From Alkalispirochaeta sp. (lineage in GTDB: Bacteria > Spirochaetota > Spirochaetia > DSM-27196 > Alkalispirochaetaceae), in NCBI GenBank assembly GCA_965601925.1, contig OZ271854.1, positions 1,088,001 to 1,152,000 of the forward strand: a DNA stretch of 64,000 bases, given 5' to 3'. Below are positions 1 to 9,374 of this stretch, in pieces. A program made the position numbers and the translations under genes. The notes below the pieces were generated by a model. That model saw nothing but the letters and a program-made list of their open reading frames with translations. It was not told the DNA's origin and made no database searches. How positions within the stretch are numbered: the first letter of the stretch is position 1; every line of letters begins with the position of its first letter.

Positions 1-119
1 CACGCGTGAGGGGGCGGGTTCCCCTTCTGCGCCCCGGTCGCCGCCTCGCTTATAACGCATCGACGGATATCGAGCGCACACTACTTCTCTCGCGGGAGCG
101 ATACCGTTACCGTTATGAC

Positions 120-503
120 ATGGACAGTATCTCCCTCGAAGTACGCGACTATGAGTTGGACGCACAAGGCATTGTGAATAACGGGATCTATTTCGGCTAT
201 TTCGAACACGCCCGTCATAGGTGGTTAGCGGACCGCAACATCGACTTCGTGGCCTTGCACGAACGCGGCATCGATCCGGTTGTGGTAGAGGCGAACATCG
301 TCTATGTGCGCCCGTTGAAAAGCGGTGATCGCTTTCGGGTCGTGACGGCTGTCAGAAAGCGCGGCGCGCTCCGTTACATCTTTGACCAGCGTATCGAGCG
401 TATCGAGGACGATGCCGAGTGTGCTCGAGCGGAGATAACGGCGGTGAGCCTTAAAGACGGCCGGCCGGCAAAAATACCCGCGCTGGAAGAGGCGTTTGCC
501 TGA
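120..503 (+). CDS. acyl-CoA thioesterase (4HBT/YbgC-FadM hotdog family)
   Basis: Motif 'VRDYELDAQGIVNNGIYFGYFEHAR'; ATG at 120 gives ~127 aa, typical size. Confidence 0.9.
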   Translation: MDSISLEVRDYELDAQGIVNNGIYFGYFEHARHRWLADRNIDFVALHERGIDPVVVEANIVYVRPLKSGDRFRVVTAVRKRGALRYIFDQRIERIEDDAECARAEITAVSLKDGRPAKIPALEEAFA

Positions 504-535
504 GGCGCGTCGGAGCGGTTGAAAGGGAGCGTGTT

Positions 536-946
536 TTGAAAAGGCCGATCGATGTGGTTGCCCTCGCAGTCGTGCGGAACGGAAGGCTTCTGTTAGCCCG
601 GAGCCGCGGAAAGACGGCGTTTTATCTACCGGGCGGAAAGCGCGAACCGGGCGAGTCGGACCTTGCGGCGTTGCGACGCGAAATCGTCGAGGAGCTGGGT
701 TGTGAGCCCGATATGGCCCAAACGACGTTCTTCAGAACGTACGACGCGCCGGCGTTCGGCGAGAGTGTGGGAACGCGTGTCGTTATGAAACTATTTCGCG
801 GACCTCTTACCGGCCGTCCAGCACCGCGACGAGAGATCGAAGAGATCAGGTACTTCACCGTTGCCGAGTACGCCGATATGGTGGCCAGGGCCCCGGCCTC
901 CGAGCTCGTGTTGGAAGATTTACGCGCCATTGGTGTCGTCGATTGA
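536..946 (+). CDS. NUDIX hydrolase
   Basis: Nudix box 'PGGKREPGESDLAALRREIVEELG'. Confidence 0.9.
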   Translation: MKRPIDVVALAVVRNGRLLLARSRGKTAFYLPGGKREPGESDLAALRREIVEELGCEPDMAQTTFFRTYDAPAFGESVGTRVVMKLFRGPLTGRPAPRREIEEIRYFTVAEYADMVARAPASELVLEDLRAIGVVD

Positions 947-981
947 CGTAAGGTTTCGACGAATCACGTATAATGGGTATC

Positions 982-2631
982 ATGGAAGGAGGCGAGGCGA
1001 CGGTGTCGAGCAAACCGGAATCGCCGAGCATACCCGACGACCCGGGCAACCCGAGCGAGCGAACGGTAGACACGTCATCGGGCGGCGCTCCGCCGGAGGA
1101 CGTACGCTGCTCTCTTAGAGCCCACGGGGCGACTCAGCTCCAGATTAAGACGTCATATCCCTTCGAAGACCGAAGACGCAGCGCATTTCAGACGAATGTG
1201 TACATCATCGTGCCGCGACAGTTCAGTATTCGATTAGACGAACGGGGTCGTAGGGCACTTCTCGAAGACACCCAATCGGCGACTCGCTTCACCGTGATCA
1301 ACATGGGGCTGGCACAACTGGTCGACCCCGACGCTCGAGACAGCCCCCTATTCCGCATCGCCGCGGAGCTGAATCGCGCTTCGCGAGCCGGTCGTCCCGA
1401 TCATCGACGCATCGACTACGAGATCCGCACGTTCTGTAACGTATTCACATTTCAAATAAAGTCGATGGTTCGGTTCATACGGTCGATACCGACCCCGATC
1501 CACACGCCCACGGAGATCGCAACCGCCGCGAAACACTTCATACGAGACGCGGCCAAAACGCTCACGGTCTTTCGTGACATTCGCACACGACTCCTGGATC
1601 CGTCGATCCCGGAGTCGGTTCGACACACCCACGTCGTCGCGGACGAGTACGTGGGAGACCAGTTCGTGCGCCATCTGCTCGACCTCGCCGCCCGCTTCCG
1701 AGATATGGACGATGCGGACAATATCCGGCGTCGCCTCGAACGGGCGGTGGAACGGGAGCTTGCGTACCAGACCGAGCGCGGCTACTCCGCGGTTCGATCC
1801 GACACGATCTCGCCCGGGGACGAGCGATCGCTGGAACGGCTCGTCGTTCGCGAGAGTCGCCTAAAGAAGTGGGTACAGTCGGTGCTGTATATGGATGTAG
1901 AAGAGTCGGGAACCCCGCGAAGGGTCGGTCACGCGATCGCTTCGGTCGCCGCGGCAACGGCAATGAGTATCGCGGTCGTCGCGGCCTTTTTTGCCGATCG
2001 CTGGTACGCCAGCTACAGCGTTCCGTGGGCGTTGCTCATTGTCGGCTCATACATCCTGAAAGATCGTATAAAGGAGATGCTACGTTCCGCCCTGGTTCGG
2101 TACGTACCCGGGGTGATATCCGATCGCACCCGCATACTCAACGATCCGGCCACTCAGCGACGGGTCGGAAGTGCGCGACTCAGTATTCGAAGCGTAGATG
2201 TCGGTGCGGTGCCCGATTTGCCCTCCGGAGAAACGACACGTGAAGACGATATCCTGTCGGAAACGGTCGCACGGAGTTGTGTGATGTTTTCTACGGCGGT
2301 GCGCCTCAACGGGCACAGACTCCTAAGCCGCCATCGGCGGGTGAACGGCATAACCGATATCACCCGTATTCGTTTGGACAGGTGGCTCCGCGATATGGAT
2401 GCGCCGACAAAGGAGGTTCGTCTCTTTGTAGATCGCCGCCACGTTACGGTCACCGCACCGCGTACGTATCGCTTGCAAATCGCGGTGCGCGTCTCACAAT
2501 TCGGAGAGCGATCTCCGAGCACTCGGTTCTGGACCGTTGTCCTTACCCGCACCGGCATCGTCCGCGTCGAGGCGGGACACGGAACTCGCGAGGCGGAAGA
2601 GGTCGACATATTCGATCTCGAACACGATTGA
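982..2631 (+). CDS. hypothetical membrane-associated protein (~550 aa, two-TM hairpin)
   Basis: Long ORF with typical codon usage; hydrophobic hairpin 'IASVAAATAMSIAVVAAFF...WALLIVGSYIL'. Start 982 chosen because TATAAT (969-974) overlaps the ATG at 973. Confidence 0.7.
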   Translation: MEGGEATVSSKPESPSIPDDPGNPSERTVDTSSGGAPPEDVRCSLRAHGATQLQIKTSYPFEDRRRSAFQTNVYIIVPRQFSIRLDERGRRALLEDTQSATRFTVINMGLAQLVDPDARDSPLFRIAAELNRASRAGRPDHRRIDYEIRTFCNVFTFQIKSMVRFIRSIPTPIHTPTEIATAAKHFIRDAAKTLTVFRDIRTRLLDPSIPESVRHTHVVADEYVGDQFVRHLLDLAARFRDMDDADNIRRRLERAVERELAYQTERGYSAVRSDTISPGDERSLERLVVRESRLKKWVQSVLYMDVEESGTPRRVGHAIASVAAATAMSIAVVAAFFADRWYASYSVPWALLIVGSYILKDRIKEMLRSALVRYVPGVISDRTRILNDPATQRRVGSARLSIRSVDVGAVPDLPSGETTREDDILSETVARSCVMFSTAVRLNGHRLLSRHRRVNGITDITRIRLDRWLRDMDAPTKEVRLFVDRRHVTVTAPRTYRLQIAVRVSQFGERSPSTRFWTVVLTRTGIVRVEAGHGTREAEEVDIFDLEHD

Positions 2632-3151
2632 GGATGGTGTCGTCGACATCAACTCGGAAGAGGCGGTTGAAGACCTCCTCTCCGCCGTATCTCCGATAAA
2701 TCATTTAGTCTTGACCGTTTCGGCTCCCGGCGCAGCGTCCGGCATCGTCGATACCCCTGTCGATCAGGCGAAGGCGGCCTTCGAGCGATTCTGGATGAAC
2801 TACAGGATACTGCATCGTGCCTCGGACTACCTCGTGCGAAACGGCTCCGTTACGCTGATTTCAGGGAGCAGTAGCAAAACGCCCCGTAAGGGCTACGGCT
2901 TCTGGGGCACCTTGCACGGCAGCATTGAAGCGTTGGGAAGGAATGCGGCGCTGGAGCTGGCCCCCATTCGAGTCAACGTCGTGTCGCCCGGAGGCATCGG
3001 ATTGCCACCCGATCGACAGTTAGCTGAACACCACGGTCGACCGGAGGACGTAGCAACGATGATCCTGGCGATAATCCGGAACCCGGCGGTTACCAATGCG
3101 AAAATCGATGTGGACGGCGGTGAACGTCAGGGAACATGGCCGTCCGGTTAG
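2628..3151 (+). pseudogene. 5'-truncated short-chain dehydrogenase/reductase (SDR)
   Basis: SDR core and C-terminus are recognisable ('GSVTLISGSS', 'ALELAPIRVNVVSPG', 'IDVDGG'), but there is no N-terminal GxxxGxG motif or credible start; similarity begins at the stop of the upstream gene. Confidence 0.6.
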
Positions 3152-3363
3152 CGCACCGTCACTTCACCCGTGCACGAAGCGCCCCAAACGTCGAAATCGC
3201 CGGAGCTACGCACCCGATGAGCGCGACGATGCTGTAGTACAGCAGTCGGGCGTGAGACATACCGGAGTCGTGTGTTCACGTGCCGACCGTGTCCGGAGCG
3301 GCGGAACGCCGATATGAGAGCGAGGGGCCGTCGGCGCCGTATCGCCCGGTCAGATGAGCATAG

Positions 3364-4260
3364 TCAGTGTGGGCAAGTGCGCCCACGGGGCCGGTCGGCC
3401 CGTCGGCGAAATCGCGTCAAATACACGCCCGGCGTTACCCCGATATGTACCGAAAAATCGCGGATAAAGTGCGATTGATCGGCATATCCCAACTCAGCGG
3501 CCAACGCCGCCCAATCGACGCGGTGCGAGGCGTCAAGACGCGCAACCGCCTCCATGAGACGATACCGATTAATGATCCATTTGAGCCCTACTCCGACGTA
3601 GGTATGAAAAAGATGCTGGAGCGTTCGCTCGGTAATGGAGAAGTGCTCGGCGATCTCGCGGACTCGCGTGATGGTTCGATCTCCCACGACCCGGTCGATA
3701 ATCGCGTTGATCATCGTGATCCGATCGTCTCGTGCGGGGAGCACGGGGCGCAAAAAGGCCTCGACCGTTTTAATCATACTCGCCGGATCGGGTGTCGCGA
3801 GTACAGCGCGCTCGATTCGCTCGTCATAGGTCCGAAAGACGTCCTGTACTTTCATCGTCTCGTCGGTGAGGTCCGAAACGGGTCGGCGAATGAATGGATG
3901 AAAGGCGCCTGGGCGAAACGTGACGCCGAACACGCCCCCTGCACCGCGAAGGTCGTAGCTGAACCTTCCGGTGATTACGCCGAAGACGGCCGTCTTTCCT
4001 CTGTCGAAAACCAATTTTACGCACGGGTGAGGCAGAGTCTCCGACGTATACACCTCACCTTTCGGAAGATCCCAGCGCACAATCCAGTAACGCTCGACGA
4101 AGAACGCGAGGTCGTCGGTTGGAACAAACCGATCGAGCTGAAAAAAACGCCGCCCACGCACCTGATGGAGGAGTCCGTGGGGTTTGGCGGTATGCGATGA
4201 TCCGCTCTTTTCGTCGGTGACGTCCGATTGCGTATTGCGGATTTCTTCAATACCGGCCAC
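3364..4260 (-). CDS. AraC family transcriptional regulator (DUF6597-type N-domain)
   Basis: 'FVERYWIVRWDL...LPHPCV' N-domain; C-terminal 'ERTLQHLF...GYADQSHFIRDF' HTH pair. Confidence 0.9.
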   Translation of the reverse strand: MAGIEEIRNTQSDVTDEKSGSSHTAKPHGLLHQVRGRRFFQLDRFVPTDDLAFFVERYWIVRWDLPKGEVYTSETLPHPCVKLVFDRGKTAVFGVITGRFSYDLRGAGGVFGVTFRPGAFHPFIRRPVSDLTDETMKVQDVFRTYDERIERAVLATPDPASMIKTVEAFLRPVLPARDDRITMINAIIDRVVGDRTITRVREIAEHFSITERTLQHLFHTYVGVGLKWIINRYRLMEAVARLDASHRVDWAALAAELGYADQSHFIRDFSVHIGVTPGVYLTRFRRRADRPRGRTCPH

Positions 4261-4306
4261 GGCAGCTCAAATATACTGACGTTGAATCGTTCATGGAGGA
4301 AGCACT

Positions 4307-4618
4307 ATGTACTACGGTCTGCATGGAAAACTCGTCGCGAAGCCGGGCGCGCGCGACGCCGTCGCCGCAATACTCACGCGCGGAGTGGATGAGCTCGTCG
4401 CCTTTGGATGCCTACTTTACATCGTGAGTCTCGACCCCGAACATTCCGACGTCATCTGGGTGACCGAAGTCTGGAAATCCGCCGACGGTCACGCCGCATC
4501 GCTTGAGTCGCCGTCGGTCAAGGAAGCCGTCGCCGAGGCAATGCCGATGCTTACCGGAGCGTTCAGCGGAACGACGCTCTCGGTCCTCGGCGGGCTCGGT
4601 CTGCCGGAGAACGCATAG
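4307..4618 (+). CDS. antibiotic biosynthesis monooxygenase (ABM) domain protein
   Basis: 'GCLLYIVS...IWVTEVW...HAASL'; RBS GGAGGA; divergent from AraC. Confidence 0.85.
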   Translation: MYYGLHGKLVAKPGARDAVAAILTRGVDELVAFGCLLYIVSLDPEHSDVIWVTEVWKSADGHAASLESPSVKEAVAEAMPMLTGAFSGTTLSVLGGLGLPENA

Positions 4619-5012
4619 TTGATACGCACGCGACGGCGAAGAAGGTAGGCGGTTCGCGCTACAGTCCGCTCACGAGTGCTCCCTTCGCGAGTCCTCCCGT
4701 CGACGTCGAAATGGGAGGGAAGGACCAAGGGAAAGTTCCATCGCCGCGCACGCAGCAGCGTGTGCGGAGCCGGGTACCGAAGCCGCTTCTTGACTGCCGA
4801 ATGTCCTTTCGCTACAACCGAACCGATCCTCGACAACGTCATCGCACCGATATATCGTTGGCGGACGACGGATCCGGAACGAGGTAAGACTGTTATTAAA
4901 ACCGGCACCGTGAGATGAGTGTCTGAACAGTGACCGCGCGACCATCCCGATGACCGACGGTAGCGTGAGTGCGGAGCGATCGACCGCGCGGAAAAAGAAG
5001 GGGGCGAACGGG

Positions 5013-6029
5013 ATGATGAACATGTTACATGCCTGGAGACGCTTGCGCCGTCGCACCAAAGCAGCCCTGATTGTACTGACCGTCCTCTGGCTCCTCGCGG
5101 GCTCGCTGACGGTGGTGACGTCGACGGAGGCGAGAGGCGTCGGAGCGGTCGCGGCGATTCTATTCGTCTGCGCCTTGGTGTTCCATCTGGGGCGCAGCCG
5201 TCCGTACGCACGAGATCTGCCGGATATGGTTACCGTCTCACTCCCTCGATTGAAGTACCTACCGGCGCTCGCTTTGACCGTGGGCGTGCTCCTCGCCCTC
5301 TTTTGGGTGGGAGGCCTCTTCCATCCCTGGTTGGTGTTGGTAACGGCCTTAACGTCGATCGCCCTTTGGGTAATCGGCACGCGGCGACGGCAGCTCTCTC
5401 ACCGTCCGGTGCTGCTCGGAGTAGCGGCCGGCGCCCTCTGTCTACTCCTTGCGCTCCTCGGCAACCGTCTGGACGGTTACCAAGCGTTTTATTTGGCGTG
5501 CGTGCCGCTCCTGTTCATCGCCGGCGTCCTCCTTACGCGCGAGAGTAATCTCGCCCGAGTCCGCAGCGCCGATGGTGCGTGGCGGCTCTCGCTGAGAGGA
5601 TTCGCAACGGGTTGCCTCTTGGCGGTGCCGGCCGCGCTTCTCAATGTTGCGGACGGAGCCTCGACGAGCGACGCGTGGGTCGACCGACCCTGGGAGCCGT
5701 TGATTGCCCTGGTCCCGGGCATCGCCGAAGAGACGTGGGCCCGACTCTTCATGACGACGCTCATCTACGCGATCCTGCGCCCTCGGAGTAGGCCACGACC
5801 GACTCGAGCGGTGACGGCCGCCGTTTTGATCGCCGCGTTCGCCCACAGCCTCGTGCATCTGTCCGGGTCGATGATTTTCAGTCCGGCGGCGATTCCCGCT
5901 CTCCTGAACGGTCTTCTCTTCGGTGTACCCTTGGGGCTCCTCTTCGTCAAGCGCGATTTCGAGCACGCGGTGGGATACCACTTCTTCATAGACTTCGTAC
6001 GCTTCGGTGCCGCGTTGGAACAAGCATAA
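5013..6029 (+). CDS. CPBP/Abi family intramembrane glutamic endopeptidase
   Basis: Multi-TM protein with 'EExxxR' (IAEETWAR), 'FAHSLVH' and 'HAVGYHFFID' motifs; start uncertain (4950 or 5013). Confidence 0.8.
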   Translation: MMNMLHAWRRLRRRTKAALIVLTVLWLLAGSLTVVTSTEARGVGAVAAILFVCALVFHLGRSRPYARDLPDMVTVSLPRLKYLPALALTVGVLLALFWVGGLFHPWLVLVTALTSIALWVIGTRRRQLSHRPVLLGVAAGALCLLLALLGNRLDGYQAFYLACVPLLFIAGVLLTRESNLARVRSADGAWRLSLRGFATGCLLAVPAALLNVADGASTSDAWVDRPWEPLIALVPGIAEETWARLFMTTLIYAILRPRSRPRPTRAVTAAVLIAAFAHSLVHLSGSMIFSPAAIPALLNGLLFGVPLGLLFVKRDFEHAVGYHFFIDFVRFGAALEQA

Positions 6030-6106
6030 CGCGCGGTGAGATGGACCCTGTCGAAGCACGTTGCGCTCCATCGACGGGAAATACGTGTAGAGCTCGGGCG
6101 AAACGA

Positions 6107-6135
6107 TTGACACTTACTTACATGTAAGTTATTAT
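6107..6135 (+). promoter_or_regulatory. sigma70 promoter TTGACA-N17-TATTAT with TetR operator ACTTACATGTAAGT (6116-6129) in the spacer
   Basis: Near-consensus -35/-10 and a perfect 14-bp palindrome directly upstream of tetR. Confidence 0.85.
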
Positions 6136-6141
6136 GTGTGT

Positions 6142-6717
6142 ATGCGAGAAGAGATTTTGCGTTTGGCACGGAACCAACTTATGTCCGGGGGGTACGACAA
6201 TCTCAGTTTCGCCGCGATTGCGGACTCGCTCTCTACGACGCGCGCCAATATACACTATCACTTCAAGAACAAAGAGGGATTAGCGACCGAGGCGACAAAG
6301 GCGCACATCGCCGAGGAGCTCGATCTCATGAAGTCCGTAGCACAGCGATACCACGACGATTTCGCCGCCTTCATTGCGGATGTCGAAGCGCGGTTTGTCT
6401 CCATGATCAAGAAGAAGAGGGACAAAAAAATAGACATCTGCAGTCAACTGATCCGCACGGACGGTGTGCCCGCTGAGCTTACCAAGCTCGCGCAAGATCA
6501 CTTCAAGGATGTTCATGATCTCTGTGAAGAGGTGATCGTCGCCTCGCAGCGGGCGGGAACGATACAAAGCGATATCCGTGCATCCGACTTAGCGGCCCAA
6601 GCGGTTGCGATGATGTTGGGAGTGATTCAGTTGGCGATCGTGTACCACGACCGCGGCGGTGACTCGTCGGAACGGATCCGCGGCCTTTTGACCGGCTGGG
6701 TTCGGAGCTATGTATAA
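6142..6717 (+). CDS. TetR/AcrR family transcriptional regulator
   Basis: 'GYDNLSFAAIADSLSTTRANIHYHFKNKEGL' HTH; ATG at 6142 lies 7 nt after the -10. Confidence 0.9.
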   Translation: MREEILRLARNQLMSGGYDNLSFAAIADSLSTTRANIHYHFKNKEGLATEATKAHIAEELDLMKSVAQRYHDDFAAFIADVEARFVSMIKKKRDKKIDICSQLIRTDGVPAELTKLAQDHFKDVHDLCEEVIVASQRAGTIQSDIRASDLAAQAVAMMLGVIQLAIVYHDRGGDSSERIRGLLTGWVRSYV

Positions 6718-6736
6718 AAAATTTATCGACATACTT

Positions 6737-6750
6737 ACTTACATGAAAGT
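6737..6750 (+). promoter_or_regulatory. second TetR operator copy ACTTACATGAAAGT
   Basis: One-mismatch copy of 6116-6129 in shared context ACTTACTTACATGwAAGTTA, upstream of the redoxin operon. Confidence 0.75.
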
Positions 6751-6820
6751 TAGCAGAAGGAGGCTCATCACATCGTAACGCTCAGATTGCAACCGACCAC
6801 CACCAAGAAAGAGAGGAAGT

Positions 6821-6928
6821 ATGATACGCATTAACAAACGCACATTCGCTACCGCTTCCGGCAGCGACGATTTTTTCGGTCCGTATGACGCAACCAACGT
6901 TCGAGGCGGTCGTCATGTCCGCGTTTAA
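6821..6928 (+). CDS. 35-aa small ORF (MIRINKRTFATASGSDDFFGPYDATNVRGGRHVRV), possibly a gene remnant
   Basis: Purine-rich RBS-like GAGAGGAAG before the ATG; overlaps the redoxin start; below the ORF-track cutoff. Confidence 0.35.
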   Translation: MIRINKRTFATASGSDDFFGPYDATNVRGGRHVRV

Positions 6929-7442
6929 CCGACTAATACCCGGCGCACCCTTCCCCGACATCACGCTTTCCGCAACCGACGGCTCACGGATTGTCCTTGG
7001 GGAGAGAGGGTGGCGCGCGATCTTTGTGATACGCGGCGCCCATTGCGGAATCTGTCGCGCCTATCTCGGCCAGCTTGAAAAGAGACGCTCCGCGTGGGAG
7101 ACGAGGGGCATCGATGTCCTCGTTGCCAGCGCCGACTCGGTGGAGAAGAGCCGCACATTCATAGCCGAGGCGGGGTACCGGGGACGCGCGGCGTGCGACT
7201 TGGACGTGCCCGCCATGCGGGCCCTCGGCCTGTGGATGACCGGGCCGGAGGCGTCGGAGCTCGACTACGTTCATCCCGAGCCCGGCTTTTTTCTGATCGA
7301 TCCCGACGGCAACGTGGCCGCCGCCGAGGCGTCGACCATGCCCTCGGTTCGACCGGACCTCGAGTGGCTCGATAAAAGTCTGACATACGTCGTCGAACAC
7401 GATGTGCGGCCGCCCTACGGCCGCTATGGGGTGGCGGCATGA
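6915..7442 (+). CDS. peroxiredoxin-like redoxin (AhpC/TSA) protein
   Basis: 'PGAPFPDITL', CxxC motif 'RGAHCGIC', 'EPGFFLIDPDG'. Confidence 0.85.
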   Translation: MSAFNRLIPGAPFPDITLSATDGSRIVLGERGWRAIFVIRGAHCGICRAYLGQLEKRRSAWETRGIDVLVASADSVEKSRTFIAEAGYRGRAACDLDVPAMRALGLWMTGPEASELDYVHPEPGFFLIDPDGNVAAAEASTMPSVRPDLEWLDKSLTYVVEHDVRPPYGRYGVAA

Positions 7443-8347
7443 GCGGACCACTGACGCGTAACGGAGAAACGGTCCTGCTCACCGGGGCGACGGGGTACGT
7501 CGGATCGGTTGTCGCCGAGAAATTGTGCAAAGCGGGATATGTGGTGCGAGGCCTCACGCGCTCCGAACGAAAGGCGCCCATCCTCGAGGCGGCGGGAATC
7601 GAGCCGATCGTCGGGGATGTCGGAGATATCGACCTCATGGCCGAGGCGGCAGCGGGCGTAAACGCGATCGTTCACACGGCGGCGCCGAACGCCCCGGTCC
7701 CGGGGGAGAGTATGGCGCAAATAATCGCCGGAGCGGCTCGCGCCGTGGAGCTGGCAGCCGATTTGGCCGCCACGAACAACGCCCGCCTGATCGTCACGAG
7801 CGGGGTCTCGTTATACGGGCCGACCGGGGGCCGCGTCGTAGACGAGACCGCACCGCTACAAACACCGCCGTTCGCCGCCCCCCTTGCCGAGGCGGAGACC
7901 ACATTTGCCGAACGGGGCCGTGCGTATGTCCTCCGGTTAGGCGTCGTGTACGGCCGCGATCAGAGCGCCCCGATGCGCGCGCTCATCGACGGCGTCCGTG
8001 AACGGGGTGCACCCGTCATGATAGACCACGCGAATCGACTTTCGGTTGCGCACGTCGACGATCTCGCGGACCTCTATACCGCTATTCTTGAGGCCGACGC
8101 ACCGCCGACGGTCGTGAACGGCGTCACCGCTATCCTCACGTGGCCCAGGGTGATGGACGCCGTCGCCACGGCGGCGGGTATCTCGGCGGAACCGGAAACC
8201 ATCACGGCGGAGGAAGCGGGAGCGTTGGGCGGTCCGGCGATATACATGGCTATGGATATGGCCGTCTCGGGCGAGCTGGCACGGCGGACCCTTGGATGGC
8301 TACCGAAAGCGCCGGACTTTGAAACCGATCTGACGAGAGGATCGTGA
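7439..8347 (+). CDS. NAD-dependent epimerase/dehydratase family protein
   Basis: 'VLLTGATGYVGS', 'RLGVVYG', 'HVDDLADLY'; ATGA overlap with the redoxin gene. Confidence 0.9.
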   Translation: MSGPLTRNGETVLLTGATGYVGSVVAEKLCKAGYVVRGLTRSERKAPILEAAGIEPIVGDVGDIDLMAEAAAGVNAIVHTAAPNAPVPGESMAQIIAGAARAVELAADLAATNNARLIVTSGVSLYGPTGGRVVDETAPLQTPPFAAPLAEAETTFAERGRAYVLRLGVVYGRDQSAPMRALIDGVRERGAPVMIDHANRLSVAHVDDLADLYTAILEADAPPTVVNGVTAILTWPRVMDAVATAAGISAEPETITAEEAGALGGPAIYMAMDMAVSGELARRTLGWLPKAPDFETDLTRGS

Positions 8348-8459
8348 GGAAGCGTCCGCGGGTACGGAGCGCGACGCGCGGCCCGCTCCGCGGTTCTCAG
8401 CCTTCGCCGACGAGAGCGGATTCACTCCCCGCCTCGCCGGCGCAATGAACTCGCAGTAG

Positions 8460-9374
8460 TTACACGCGACGGTATGAGAGGGCGCGCGCCTTCTCGTACC
8501 CCAATATCTCGTCCCGCTTCAACTCCCCCGGATCGACCGAAGAGCCGAACCGAGCGGCGAGCTTAGCCTGCACCGTATCGCGAAACGCCTCCAAGGTCGG
8601 GCGCGCGCCGGTGAGCTCCTCGACGGAGGTCATCGGTTCGACAACCTTGTCCTTCACCTCCGGTGTCACCCATACCACCTTGAAAAAGTCGTCGGTTTTT
8701 AACGGAGCGAGGAAGACGACGCAGTTCACCACATAGAGATTCTCGATCTCGCTAACGAGAATCGTTGCAAGTTTTCTTCCGCGGGCGCGCACACTACCGC
8801 GATGTTTGTACCACGCCTCTTCGGCGCCCAGCTCGTGGAGCGTTTCGACCAACAGCTCACCGGCGGCGCGGAACGCCCCGTCGCCGGAGCCGAATGTGTG
8901 CTTGTCGACGACGAACTGGACGTTGGCGGTCGCCTCCGGGGTAAGGAAGACGAGCGTACGCTGACCGGTGATGATCACATGTTCCAACGCCGGCGTGTCC
9001 TCCCGGATCTCGTTGATCAGGTTGACGGAGCTCGCCAGGGTCACGATGGCACGGGCACCGGAGTCGTTGAGGATATGGGTGATCTCGCGCCCTTTGTACG
9101 TGGTATTGAAAGGCACCGCCGTACCGCCCAACTTCTGGATGCCGAAGAAGGTGTACACGAACTCCGGGATGTTGGGAAGCATGATCGCGACGCGATCTCC
9201 CGGCTCGATTCCGAGGCCGACGAGACCGTTTGCGACGCGATTGGCATTTTTATCCAACTCCTGATAGGTAATCGTCCGCCCGGCGACGCGCAACGCCTCT
9301 TTTTTCTTGTACGCGGCGGTGACGGTCTCGAGCATTCGGCCGATCGTCATCGGTTCGGTTACGGGGGAACTCAT
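8460..9374 (-). CDS. fusion: acyl-CoA synthetase N-terminal part (aa 1-137) + C-terminal half of an LplA/BPL-like domain (aa 138-304)
   Basis: aa 1-137 are classic AMP-binding N-terminus ('TYQELDKNANRVANGL..GIEPGDRVAIMLPNIPEF...LEHVIITG') with no P-loop. The rest resembles LplA ('LVETLHELG', 'RGRKL', 'KDKVVEPMTSVEELTG', 'GELKRDE'). Confidence 0.75.
   Translation of the reverse strand: MSSPVTEPMTIGRMLETVTAAYKKKEALRVAGRTITYQELDKNANRVANGLVGLGIEPGDRVAIMLPNIPEFVYTFFGIQKLGGTAVPFNTTYKGREITHILNDSGARAIVTLASSVNLINEIREDTPALEHVIITGQRTLVFLTPEATANVQFVVDKHTFGSGDGAFRAAGELLVETLHELGAEEAWYKHRGSVRARGRKLATILVSEIENLYVVNCVVFLAPLKTDDFFKVVWVTPEVKDKVVEPMTSVEELTGARPTLEAFRDTVQAKLAARFGSSVDPGELKRDEILGYEKARALSYRRV

Noticed and set aside
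3367..4200. 277-aa plus-strand ORF
   Set aside because: Antisense shadow of the AraC gene with no motifs.
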